Shown: positions 35,857 to 60,050 of the stretch, in pieces
How the letters are laid out: each line of letters starts with the position of its first letter
Position numbering within the stretch: position 1 is the first letter of the stretch
NCBI GenBank assembly: GCA_020137815.1
Contig: CM035352.1
Span: forward strand, 2,294,001-2,358,000
DNA: 64,000 nucleotides
Direction of reading: 5' to 3'
Origin: Hormiphora californensis
Lineage: Eukaryota > Animalia > Ctenophora
Program-made: the position numbers and the translations under genes
The notes under the pieces: generated by a model
What the model saw: the letters and a program-made list of their open reading frames with translations, nothing else
The model's database searches: none
Told to the model about the DNA's origin: nothing

Positions 35857-35890
35857 CAGACGTTTCGGCATAAAACAGCCCTCATCAGTG
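35857..35890 (-). ncRNA. Minimal type I hammerhead ribozyme (Penelope-type)
   Basis: Minus strand CA-CUGAUGA-GGGC-UGUUUUAU-GCC-GAAA-CG-UC-UG: intact core, stem II GGC/GCC, palindromic ACGU stem III, GUC cleavage triplet; stem I weak. Confidence 0.65.
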
Positions 35891-37095
35891 AAAACAAGGG
35901 TGTTTCAATACATGTCCAAAATACAGCATTGTCAACACCAAACTGATATTTAGTTAGGGTGACATGTCGTGTTTATAAAGGTCACTACAATTAGTGTGGT
36001 GTGATTGGGTGAAAATGAAACCGGGTCAAATGTAAGATATCGGAATAACAAGTTACCCGACTTGATAGCCGCCCTATTAGTTGTTAGATTGGGTCTGCTT
36101 GATATGTGATCAGTGAAATAGTCAGGTACTCAATTATCTGTTTAAGTGATTGAATAATGACATGAGACCAGCGGGCAGAACGCTGAAGTCTGAATGTTTC
36201 TTGAAACCATCAACCACGCTAGGGAGAAAATAGTCGGGTGTCAGATGTCAGACCGGGGCGGTTAGGTAGGAATGGTTCTGATGACCTGGGCGGTGAAAGA
36301 AGGGGAAGAAGGTTTAACAATACAGTTCTGGACTGATGTCCTAAATCCTATTTACCACAAACTAAACGCATGCCATTTATTAAACTTGTTTTGCCATTAG
36401 CCAGGATGTCTGTTTAACAAAGTGACTTGTTACAGAGAAGAAATTAGAAAAGCCGAAGTTTATGTCCCTCCACAAGACGCCAACATTTCAATCGGCCACA
36501 CTGAGATAGAGGATGTGGGAGCCGGGAAGATAAGGATGTGACGTAGGATGACGTAGGTCATCTGAATGCTCAAGGAGGTATCGTAACAGCTAACAAAGGT
36601 ATTTAGTTCAGTGCTATTGAAAGTGGGAACCTTCTCTTTCTCGATTGACTCCTCCCGCCTTGCACATTGTCCCATATTTTAGCATTATTCCCCCTCGCGC
36701 GCATGCCGCGCGTCTTGATTATACCTAAAGCGCACCAATTCAGCACTTCAAAATCCCACACCCGTCCGTGCGTTCTGAAACGAGCGAAATAGACGTTGAG
36801 CATGAATTCAAACCTGAACTTGCCGCTAGAGACATCATTTAGCTAGACAACAAGAAATTGTTTGGAATCCAGGATACGACTGAAAAGAGTTCCCAGATAA
36901 TTCTGGGTTTGGTCGGTGTTGTTTTTGGTTATTTCCATTGTCCCGGTCGTATTTATCAGATTCCTTCCTAGTAAGAAATAAAGGATAATGTAGATAGACT
37001 TGGGCTAACTGACCTTGTAGCTGGTTCTGTCCCCTGTCTATTAGATTCCCCCTCAATGTATCTTGTATTTAACCCTCCCTCTTTTCCAAATAGCT

Positions 37096-39063
<1,968 letters not shown>

Positions 39064-39815
39064 CAAGCAGCCATGTTTATTATAATGCTGACTCAGAACT
39101 GTCTTAACCGTGTGTCTTATTTATCAATCCATATATTTTACACATTTAGAAGATTTATTGTTTTCATATGTCCGTGTTTCGTCCGCCCCTCATTTCTCTC
39201 TCGCCCACCTAAACACCCCTCTCTCACCATCTCCCACTTCTTCAACCCCAAACACCCCTCCGACCATTATACATCTCACCCTTTTACTTCCTCCTACACC
39301 CGATATAACCTATATCTGATCCAATTAGCAATGGAAGGAGAAGCAGTGTGGAGGACAGAGGAAGAAGCCCTGAGGATGTTTAATGAAAGGTAATTGGGGC
39401 AGTTAATTGGGGTCCCGTAATAGGATGTTGTATCCCCACACACACAGCTTGGTGGCGCCAAGTTGACTGTTTAGCTGACAGTCCGGACACACTGCTCAGT
39501 TTGTTGTACAGGGAGGTCCCCCTCCCTTGTCCCCCTCCCTTGTTCTCTGTATTATACCATGACCTCACATAGCTGCAATTAGATTAGGATCACTATCTCG
39601 CCTTCTTTGCGGAGTCACTTCCTTTCTCTCTCTCTCCCTTTTTTACTACCTTCATTGGTCGTCTCTCCTTTCTCTCCCCGCGGGTCGCTCACCCCGAGAA
39701 TTTCTTTCGTAGCGCACCAGGGCTCCTCTTTGCAGCGGGAGAGATAATTCTCAGTATGCGTTTGAATTATATTCCCTTTGCTCTTTTGATCTTACTGCTT
39801 TTCTTTCCACCCCAC

Positions 39816-39868
<53 letters not shown>

Positions 39869-39883
39869 CTCTATCTCTCTATC

Positions 39884-39924
<41 letters not shown>

Positions 39925-40417
39925 CTCCCCTCTGATTGTCTATTTCCACCGAAGCGACACCCAACTCCTTCGGTATTTCCAAGCTCATGATCCTCTGCGT
40001 GTGTGCAGAGGTAGCTATATCCCCTCGTTACTGATATTTATTGTGACATTATTATATCTCCCGTTCGCTCAGAAAATCCCTTCCCCCAACATTCCACTTT
40101 CTCTTTTACTCCTTCTCTCCCCTTGCCCCTTTGCAACTTGAGTCTGCAAGCCTCTGTCACGTGTGTGTCAAACAACTTGGATAGACCACTACATACCCCT
40201 TGTAAAATTTGATTTTTAAACACACAGGGGTCTGAAAAGAGAGAGAAAGAGGGAGAGGGAGAGAGAGAAGGATAGCGAGAGAGAGGGGAGAGAGTGAGAG
40301 CACCTGCACATTTTGAAGCTGCACCGTCTTTGATTGCCGCTGCTGTCCCTCCTTCTTATCGTGTCGTGTCACCTTCTTTCTCTTCTTGTCCATGACTCGT
40401 TTTTATCAATTTGGAAT

Positions 40418-40471
<54 letters not shown>

Positions 40472-40942
40472 AAAATCTCTAGACAGATGTGTTATTTGTG
40501 ACACCCTTGTTACATTCACTGACCCTCTCGAACATCCTTGTTTTACAGGATAGAACATAATTTAGAGTCACCTTCTTTGACCTCCAAATATGGATCTAGT
40601 TGTTGGATGCCCGTTTAATTCTAGGTGATCGATCTTCTGTCAGTCTATTTGCCACAATTGTCTGTCCGTAGTATGGAATGACCTTCCCAAATACAAGCTC
40701 AACTGCCTTTCGATTCCTTATTATACTGAGTATTCATTTCTGTAGTTATTCCATTCATTTATAAAACTACCTGGTGAAGGATAAGAACTGAGAATAATTT
40801 CTGAAATTTATTCCCCACGTCGGCTTACATTACATTCCTTTTGCACGCTAAATTCACATATGAATATCATTCACCCCTTTAATTTTCTCTCGCTCTTGCT
40901 CCCCCGGTTTTCCCACTGTGTTGTAATTCGAGTAGCCTCACT

Positions 40943-41073
<131 letters not shown>

Positions 41074-41410
41074 CTTAGTTCATCTTTAGAATCTAACATG
41101 AATTTCTGAGTTTTGCCTTATGTTGCCTTCAGATTACTACTACTATTACCGTTATTATATCTTCTGTGCAGTATGCCTGGCAACTTAAGATTATCACGTG
41201 GTTGTTGACTCATTTTCGTGAGATCATGTTCCCCTATACCCCAGCAAGCAAGCGACACACCCTTTTGATTGGTTACGAAGTCACCCCTTTTATTGCAATA
41301 TAACGGAGGGGTAATTTCATTACCAACCCTTCTGAAGTCATGACTTTAGTTAGAGACCCACTGCATTCCTTTTGTTTTGTTTTCAGACTTATCAGACATT
41401 CCTTTTAGAG

Positions 41411-41744
41411 ATGTCAAGATTGCTAGCACTTCTAGCAGTCCTCTCAAATGGTAAGAGCACTGCCCCCGCCCCCCCCATTCCCCAACCCCACTTATCAATT
41501 CCACTACACCAGTACTGTAGCTTAGATCAACTTCCCCTAGTAGGCTAATTCAAGTTAAATGCTGGACACTTGTTATTTACCCCCTCCCCCCCCCCCTTCT
41601 CAGTGGCTGGAGTGGTGGTTGGCCTGCAGACTATATCTTCAGAAGAGACAATCAGCTACGATCCTTCCAACGTAGCACTCATCACTGGAAGCGGTGATAA
41701 GGGGGTCCAGGTGAGAGACATGATGAAGTATTATAGTTCGTGGC

Positions 41745-41796
<52 letters not shown>

Positions 41797-44700
41797 GTAG
41801 ATAGAAAGATAAAGAGGGATGGGTAGATGAAAGAGCGAGCCCCCTCCCCCTGATAATACATGAGCGCATCCATAGTGGGTTGGTAACGCTGTTAGTGTGG
41901 GGGCTCCTAGTAACCAAGGTTATGGGTTGGTAACTAAGTTACCCCTCCCTTGCCGGGAGTGTGAGGTGTCTTGGATACCAAGGTTATGGGTCACACTGCA
42001 AGGTTCTAGAAGACCAATGACCATATTATCAACTAAGAAAACAAAAAAGTGGTATTCTGCTTCTCGAACCTTCTAGTGTCACTCACTCAACTATTTTCTT
42101 CCTATTATATCTTTCCCACGGTCCTAGTGGTCCTATTCCCCCTTTCTACAACTTTTTTCTATTTTCCGGATCACTGAATATCAATACTCTCGCTCTCTCC
42201 AGCTCCCTCATAATATTTGGACACACTAAATTTAGGGCCGCTCCCAACAACTAACTCCCCATTTCCACAGATATATTTTCTCGATGGATCTTTGCGGACA
42301 CTGGGACGGTTGACGTGGCGGAATCCCGTTATGCCTGACTACGGAATTTACAATCAATTCCAGACGAACAGCGGCAAGATGAAGTGGGTCAAAATAAGTA
42401 CGTTAATAACAAGTTAATTAACCAGTTAATTGGACGGGCTTTGGCACCCTAACCGCACGCATTGTGACTTAAATTGTGACTTCACTAATGTATGACCGGC
42501 CTATATTTACAGGTACTATAATCCCCTCCGACGAGATGTCAGCCTACCTGGACCACCAAGCCGAGGAGATGCTTCTGGTTCTCATTGATTCAGACAACAA
42601 CCGACAAAGAATTGTTGTACCCTACAAGGGTTCCATGGTGGGAATGGTTGATGCGGCATACCTCCGGTTGGAGCGGTTCCAGGGGGTCTACTGTGAGGTA
42701 GAAGAAGTGGGGGACCAGTGTCCCGTTCCTACAACTGAAGCACCCACAACAGAGGCACAACCTACAACACAGCGGGCATCTACAGGAGATGGATTAACTA
42801 CTGGAGATGGAAGTGATGACCTCAAAGTTACCTCCCTAGAAACCACGTATTTCAGTGGATCTAACGGTCCTACAGAGCAGTCCGGTGCAACTGAGTCTAC
42901 TACAGAGGCTACTGGAGAACCTGAGACCGCGACTGAGGCAAAGGCAACAGAGGCTGACTCAACAACAGTGGCAGACTCAACAACAGTGGCTGACTCAACA
43001 ACAGAGGCTGACTCAACAACAGAGGCTGACTCAACAACAGAGGCAGACTCAACAACCGAGGCTGACTCAACAACCGAAGCTGACCCAACAACAGAGACTG
43101 ACTCAACAACAGAGGCTGACTCAACAACAGAGGCTGACTCAACAACAGTGGCAGACTCAACAACAGTGGCAGACTCAACAACAGTGGCAGACTCAACAAC
43201 CGAAGCTGACCCAACAACAGAGGCTGACTCAACAACAGAGGCTGACTCAACAACAGTGGCAGACTCAACAACAGTGGCAGACTCAACAACAGTGGCAGAC
43301 TCAACAACCGAAGCTGACCCAACAACGGTCAGTAAGTCAGGTGAGGAGGATGCCACATCCGCTCCCAAGATAGATTTCACCAGCGAAGAGGATGAATCCA
43401 CAGAGGAATCCACCACAGAGGAGACTGTAGGGAGTGAAGCTACAGTGAGTGAGGCTACAGGTGCTTCTAGTGAACCTACTACACCGTATATCAGTGAAGC
43501 AGAGACAACGGATGAAGGGGAAGGTGGCACTATACTCTTTACCTCTGAGGCTACTAGTGAAGAGGCGACAACAGAAGGTTCAGCTGAAGAGGCGACAACA
43601 GAAGGTTCAAGTGAAGAGGGGACAACAGAAGGTTCAAGTGAAGAGGGGACAACAGACAGCTCCAGTGAAGAGGGGACAACAGACAGCTCCAGTGAAGAGG
43701 CTACAACAGAGAGCTCCAGTGAAGAGGCGACAACAGAGAGCTCCAGTGAAGAAGTCACATCTAAATCATCCAGTGAAGAGGCTACTACGATGAGTGAGCT
43801 ACCAACTACCGTAGCGGGAGAAGATTCCACAGAAGATTCAACAGAATCAGGACCAGTGACCTCAGAGCCCACTACCGCATATTCAAGTGATGATCCTACT
43901 ACTCAGAGCGCAGAGACCGAGTCTGGAGAGGTGTCAGTAGAATCGGTCCCTAGTGAAGCGACAACTGAGTCAGGAAGTGAAAAGGTGACTACTGAGTCTG
44001 GAAGCGAAGAGGCGACAACCGAAAGTGAAGAGGCGACAACTGAAAGTGAAGAAGTGACAGCTGATAACGAAAGATCAGATCCAACTACACCTTACCCACC
44101 CTTTGGATCCAGTGAGCCAACTGAACCAGCCTCCGAGGAGCCAACTGAACCAGCCTCCGAGGAGCCAACTGAACCAGCCTCCGAGGAGCCAACTGAACCA
44201 GCCTCCGAGGAGCCAGCGACTGGGGCATCTTCGCCGCCCTCAAACGAGCCTATAAGTGAAGATTCTACATCGGAACCTAATACCGACGAATCTATGATCA
44301 CTTATGATTCAACAACGGAAGAGACAGCCAGTGAAGAAGCTACTACTGAGGCTTCCAGTGAAGAAGCTACTACTGAGGCTTCCAGTGAAGAAGCTACTAC
44401 TGAGGCTTCCAGCGAAGAAGCTACTACTGAGGCTTCCAGCGAAGAAGCTATTACTGAGGCTTCCAGCGAAGGCTCCACGGCTGAAAGGAGACGGAACACT
44501 GATTACACATCCCGGTCCCACAGCGAAGAGGTAACCGGTGATGCAGCAGGAGAGAGCACCACAGAACCAGCCAGTAGTGGGCCATCTGGTGGGACAACTG
44601 GTGCCCGCAATGAGTCCCCTATACCATCTTCCGGGGCTCCTGATCTAACATTTGCCCCTCATAGTGACGATGGAGCCTCTCTTAGCCCCACCTGGGGCCA

Positions 44701-47698
44701 CAACTACTCAATACAGTGGCGGATCCACAGAGAGAACAGAACAAACCGTATCCGGGACAGATTACCCCACATATCCAGCCTACCAAGGAGACAGGGAACC
44801 CTGAGACGGACGGGACAACTTATGAAACCAAATCAGGCTCCCTAGGTCCGACGGAGGGAGAGGAGGGAGGATCCGACTCAAGCACGACAGGATCTAGAAC
44901 CGAGGAGGGGTCGAGCGGACCGTATGTTACAGATGAGGGTACTAGTAGTGGAGGGTACAAGACTGATGGAAGGGCAACGACTAATGATGGAAGAGAGACG
45001 ACTCTGTACAAGACTGACATGTCTTCCACCGTCTGGGGTAGTGAGGTTGCTGCATCAACACGATACAGAACTGAGGAAGGGAGGACAACCAACTATCGAA
45101 CCACTGATAGGGACTCTACCCACTATACCGTATCAACTGATGGGCCTAGTGATAAACCGAGCAGCGAAGAACCGAGCAGCGAAGAGTCAAACAGTGATGC
45201 ACCAAAGAGTGATTCAACTACTCAGTACCGACCCATCACCACTTCCTCTGGCGCCACTTCTGTGTATGTAACCGAAGGTGAAATGACAGCGGGAGCATCT
45301 ACAATTTACCGAACTGACGAAAAGGAAGTATCGAGTGTGACGGGTGACTCAACCACTCGATACCGAACTGACGAAGAGGAAGTATCGAGTGTGACGGGTG
45401 ACCCAACCACTCGATACCAGACAGATGAAGATGCTGTTACTGATGTTACTACACGATACACAGAAGAGCAACCCGTGTCCAGTGATACTGTTACTGGTGA
45501 TACAACAACAACTGGTGTTGATCACTCTGATATGACGGGATCCCCACTGCCTGATACTTCAACTAATCTCAGGTGAGAATCCTTATCAGTTCAAAGTAAT
45601 TAGTAACCGCGGTGGTGTTCTTATCTCAGAATCTGTAATTTCTAGAACATCAAATATATTCTCTGATAAAGACCCCCCACATTCTCCTCAACACACATAT
45701 TGTTTCTAGGACGGATGGACAGCTCACTACGTTTGCAACAGAACCTGTCCCAACCAGCTTCCGTAACGATGTCGAGGAGAAGAACTTTTACATCAGTAAG
45801 TCAAGGGGGGATGTTGCTTTTAGATAGTATCTCTGTTGCTTATCTCTTCACAGATCAAGCTATTTCTTTCACTTAGATAGATAAAAGGCCATTCTTTTGT
45901 CACATTTAGTAATGTCCCTAATGTAGCTATTTGTTTTCTACTCACCTAATACATTTCCTCCCTTCCCCCAGTGGACGATTGTTCAAGTAATGGCGGTGGT
46001 GTGGGTGTGTTCTACAACTCTGAGCGGAAAACCGTTGGAGTGTGTGATGAGCGCACCGAAGTTAGGTTCTTGGTAAGTGCAATGATATCTAGGACTAAAT
46101 AGTGTCATGTGACTTTAAATGATATCTAGGACAGTTCGTCAAGTGACCCGGCTGGATATTCTCGGGGTGACCTCAGCAGGAGAGAGCTAGTCCTCTACCA
46201 ATATATTCTAGAAGGTCACGACACACTGAACTATATTGTGAACTATTCACCCCACCATTACATCCTGACTAGATCACCCCACCATTACATCCTGACTAGA
46301 TCACCCGCGCCCCCTTCAACTCTAGATCACCCGCGCCCCCTTCAACTCTAGATCACCCCACCATTACATCCTGACTAGATCACCCCACTCTCCATAATTA
46401 CTTGATTCTCTGAAGACCGCACACGGTGACGTGGGCCCCATTATTACACCCATATTATAGTTCCCCTGCTGCTGCTGCTGCTGGTTCTGCAGGGGTTGGT
46501 GACTCATGCATGCTCCCGGAGTGTTTATAATATATTATCCCTGGCTCTGTTCCAATATACCTTGAACAAACATATTAAAGGAAGAGCTCCCCCAAATTAT
46601 TATAGGGAGGGGTCTTAGCTCCATGCGCTGCTAGGCCACTATCCTCATTCCTCGATAAGCGAAGACCGAAGTACGTTCTACCTGATATACCTGAGCTTAG
46701 GTTGTCATTATTCCCCATACCCCACAAAGAGACTGCTCCTGAGGAGAGAGTTCGATCGCAGCGTGCGTGACATTACAGTCATGTAGTGTATTACAACATA
46801 CCTCACACTAAATCCCCAGCTGGAATGCTACACCTGCATATATCCACAATGATGCAGGGATCTCTCTCTCCACTATTACTGAGGGTACCGGTCCTAATAT
46901 TAATATTTCTTCCCCCGAGGCATGTTAACTCAATAACACAATAGAAAATAGGAATGATCATTCCAGAAATGATCCTTCTGCGAGAGTGTCCTAATATTTA
47001 TTACATTACCGGCTACTGAATACCTATAAGTTATAGATGGGTGTGTTGAGAGAAATAGGTTCCCGGCACACCCACCCCGCATAATATACCCGAGTGTGTC
47101 ATAGCTTACTGTCAACGCATGATTAGGAGCATAGTGAAACAGTATTATTTCGTAATTAGGATAATTGTTCAAATAATGAAGCAGCATTATTTATGATATT
47201 TCACTATAGGTTGAAGGTGGTGAGTTCCAGCAGAATTTAGATGAGCTAAAGTCCGATACGAAGGATCAGCTAGCTAAGATTGCTGCACTCGAAGATACCA
47301 TCTCAACTTTACGGAACATGAATTCTCGTCTCAACAACCAGGTAAATTATACTTGGTTAAAAATCTCGGTATTTTACTTTACCTTATCACCAATCGATAG
47401 TACAGTGGAAGTACAATCGGATCCCGATTTATCGGGATACTCGAAAGGGTTTTGCCCGGTATATCGGGACCGGTAAGTCCGGGTCCGACTGTAAATTTAG
47501 TTTTACATTCTCGGGGTTTCTGTGCAAGGTACGAATAATAATGTTCCGAAAGTTATCCCGCACCTTTTTACTGTCCCTATCATGAATGATTTAATGCATA
47601 AATTTCGCACCAGAGAATATCTTTTTCGAGAATTCCGATATTTGTAACGTTTACAAATGCTGCAAATGCAAAATATAGGCTCTAACTAGCCCCTACAA

Positions 47699-47795
<97 letters not shown>

Positions 47796-47886
47796 GTCTC
47801 TCTGTCTCTCTCTCACTCTCTCTGATTCTCTCTCTCTCTCTCTCTGATTCTCTCTCTCTCTCTCTCTCTCTCTGATTCTCTCTCTC

Positions 47887-47960
<74 letters not shown>

Positions 47961-49269
47961 TCTCCTTCTCCTAGGTGGATGATCTACGACAATCGGTAGT
48001 TTTCATAACTAAAGAATTCACCAACTTTATGGAGAATGTGAATGGGCAAATGGACACCCTGAAAAACATGGTTAAGAATAATGGTAGTGGTTCTGATGTT
48101 GAGGCACCTGGAGTAGTGAAGAGGCAGTGTGGAGGACTAGAGTTGGATGGGGCGTGCTATGGTGAGTTGAGGGTATGTAGGTCGGGGGAGGAGGATAGTA
48201 ATGGTTTTGGAAAGCATGCAATATAACTGAACTAGAGGTAGACTTGGGAGACTGCATTTATTGTGGATACAGGGTGATCAAAATATCTTGAACCCCGCGG
48301 TCAGACTACCTATGCTATGACACCTTATTGAGTAAGGTAAAGGAGTCTCTCACCCCTCAACAAATGACACCCGGTATTTTCAGAACTGACGGATGAGCCC
48401 TTGCAGTTTTGGAGTGCTCAGTCTGAGTGTGAATCACGCGGTGGAAATCTCGCCTCTTGGGCCTCAGATCCTCAGGTAAATGGGAATAGAACCATAATCA
48501 ATTTTCAGTTTTTATCCAATCATAGATGAGGGGGAGATGGGGTTTCTCGCATACCACGTGTCGAATAGTTAGAAGTCTCATATTTAAAATCTTTCCCATG
48601 TGTAGATTCACAAGGATCTTCTTGCCTTTGGTATAAAAAGTGGGTTCTCCTCAAATGCCTGGATTGGAGCTCAGTACAACACAGATTCAGGTATGTTGTC
48701 ATCCCTTTCTCGCCCCCCTTACTTGTCCCTTTTACTAAAACTAAAAGTTTTAGAAGTGTTAAGATGCCCCGACCCCCACCCCTAAAATACCATGTACCTC
48801 GCGGTAGCAGAAGCCGGCTCTTTGTCCCGCCCTTGTACCACCTTGTCTTGTTCGACCCCCTTGCTTTACAAACATAAAGGAGGGCAAGAAAATGTACCAC
48901 CTTGTACTAGCTATAAACTACTATGTACTAGGAAATGAAATTACTGGTGGAGATTTGTTGACTTGAATTTCATTGGATCTTGTTACCCTGTAAAGTGATC
49001 ATATTTTTGCCCCAATCCGATGAAATTAATAACCTCTCCCGACACCATGTCTCCTTGCATACCACCTTGACTTTCTCACGGCTACAAGTTTTATCCTTCC
49101 AAAATTTAACATACCCATTCTTTCAGGAACGGCAGCTTGGCTTGACGGTTCCATGCTGGAGATTCCCTACACAAGACTCAATTCTGTGACAGCCTGTGCC
49201 GCGACCTACAAGAAAATAATAGCTGGATTTAAGTGTAAAAATACGTATCGAGCATGGTGTAAGATTTGA
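41411..49269 (+). CDS. Large secreted protein: signal peptide, N-terminal domain, ~1000-aa S/T/E-rich mucin-like stalk, coiled coil, C-terminal C-type lectin domain
   Basis: Exons 41411-41450, 41604-41710, 42271-42397, 42513-45572 (apparent indel frameshift(s) at ~44640-44780), 45710-45795, 45972-46072, 47210-47341, 47975-48161, 48384-48475, 48606-48690, 49127-49269. Signal MSRLLALLAVLSNVAG. CTLD CGGLELDGACY..FWSAQSECESRGGNLAS..AWIG..AWLDGS..CAA..FKC..WCKI*. Confidence 0.78.
42945..43325 (+). repeat. Coding 18-bp tandem repeat (ADSTT[EV])
   Basis: ~20 units. Further coding repeats: 27-bp SSEEATTE at ~43555-43790 and ~44328-44470, and 24-bp EPTEPASE at ~44113-44215. Confidence 0.9.
46247..46388. 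repeat. Intronic ~26-27-bp minisatellite with two unit types
   Basis: GATCACCCCACCATTACATCCTGACTA and GATCACCCGCGCCCCCTTCAACTCTA units in the order A-A-B-B-A. Confidence 0.8.
47701..47965. repeat. (CT)n microsatellite forming the polypyrimidine tract of the exon at 47975
   Basis: CT run ending directly before CTAG|GTG. Confidence 0.95.
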
Positions 49270-50129
49270 GAAACTCTATCTGCCCCTAGAGCTCTGAAAC
49301 ATTGTATAGGACCGACATGTCTTAGGCCGAAGTGGACTGAGATTAGGTAGAATGGGTGAGAGAAGGAATTATTTGGAGTCAGAGACACAGGGAAGAGTGT
49401 GTGTGTGAGTGAAAAAGAGAGGGAGGATGAGGGAGATAGATAGAGTCAAGAACGTGAGAGAGTGAGATAGAGAGGAGAGAGATAGAGAGCTATAATTCAG
49501 ACTTATAGAACTCTTTTTTATTCTGTTTTCTACTCAGATTTAGTATGATATTTTTACTATGTTCATACGCACACTCAGTTGGTTACCAAATTACTGATTT
49601 TGACGTGTATCATATTTCAAGAATGTGTCGGTGACGGTCCCCTGGTGCCGGCAGCTAATGATCTTATAGACGTGTCTACAGAAGCGTGGTGAAATTACAG
49701 GCGTGTCTGATCAGACATGTCACGTTTTCTAACCGTAGAGTTGAATGCATCAGCTGTCACATTTACCATTTGATGCAAGCCGTAATATGGACAGAGATTC
49801 TTCTAGAACATCGAAAACGATAGAATTTTAGGCAATGAAATTCAATAAAAAATTATTTACATAATTCATATATTTTTGAAAACTTCTTTAGAGTGAGGGG
49901 GTAACAGTAAACACGGACACATCTAGCACACACTCTCTCTCTCACAAATATACACTAAGCATTAAACTTGCTGATTTTCTCAAACAACTAAATAGAATAA
50001 AAGTACGATAATAAATCGATCCATCTCTATTTCAATTAAATATAGTCTGTAAACGTCTTCAACAACATGGCGCAGTAATAATTGCGTACTTTCTAGTAGT
50101 CAAGTAATTCATAATAAGACTGCACTAAT

Positions 50130-58875
<8,746 letters not shown>

Positions 58876-59168
58876 CTGAAAAAACACATAATTAGCTTTT
58901 TAATTAGCTTAAATTTCTAACAATTTGCATATAAGCTTGTTTAGTATATATTTAAGTCTGCAGTAGTCTGTCATAATTTTGGTTTGCTCGTGCTATGTGC
59001 ATTACGTGTCTGGACATTAATTATTCGTGAATTTTATCTTTCAATGATTTCCATTTCCCTACATCTCTCCTTCTCTCTCATATCTCTTATTCTGCCAGTG
59101 GCGAGTGCTACGTCGGGTGAATAAAATGAGGGTAAAGAAATAGAGGCTGAGAGAGAGATACTGGGAGA

Positions 59169-59257
<89 letters not shown>

Positions 59258-60050
59258 ATTCTCGTCGTAATGATGCCAAATTTGAAAGCGACCTGCACAA
59301 GCGTATTTTGATCAGGCGATTCTCTCTCTCTCTCTCTCCTTCTCTCTGCCTCTCTCTTCTTTTTAAAGGTATATCTCTTGCTCATTATCCATCTCTTCCA
59401 CGATAGGAGCGGGGAGAGACGAGCAGAGAGGAGAGTAGAGAGATTAGAAGAAGAGCGAAGAGAGAGAGAGAGAGAGAGATGAGATTTAGCATCTCGGACC
59501 CGAGATATCGCTCTCTCGCTATACGCCATCTCTCTCGATCTGATCCTCTCTATCGATATCTCTCTTATCCTTCTTCCTCCTGTCGGATTCTCTAGAGGTC
59601 GAGAGACATAGGATTGTTCCATAGAACGATTATCAGAAAAGAGGGCGAGGAAGGGGAAAGGGATAATCGTAAGATAGGGGCCGGTGTTGGATCGATGAGG
59701 TAGACCTAGGATGTCCCACAAACTATAGCAAAGCTAGAGTAAGCAAAAAACCCTCTATTAGGTCCATGGTTCTCATATTTAGATTTGAACTACATCTGAA
59801 ATGGCTACATATACAGTCAGTTTTGCAAAACCAACCATCATCAGTAAGAACCGGAAGAATAAGAGCATTGAAAATCACTAAGGCACATCGAGAAAGATTA
59901 CAAAAAACCACCCACACGACCCACAACATTCAAACCAAACCACCAAGAAGATCTGTGGTGTCGTCATCTTCCTCTCCGAATACTACCCACCGCCCCGCCC
60001 CCACCCGCCCTCCACCACCCACCCCCACCCCACACACACACACACACACA

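Noticed and set aside
42945-43325. Regular repeat arrays here and at 46247-46388 as possible CRISPR-like arrays
   Set aside because: No unique spacers, eukaryotic context, no cas genes; these are coding repeats and a minisatellite.
42688-43872. 394-aa antisense ORF and Gln-rich alternative-frame ORFs
   Set aside because: Shadows of the stop-poor coding repeats of the mucin exon.
59270-59720. 220-aa ORF and odd GA/TC-rich sequence
   Set aside because: Looks like a low-quality read through microsatellites; no coherent protein.
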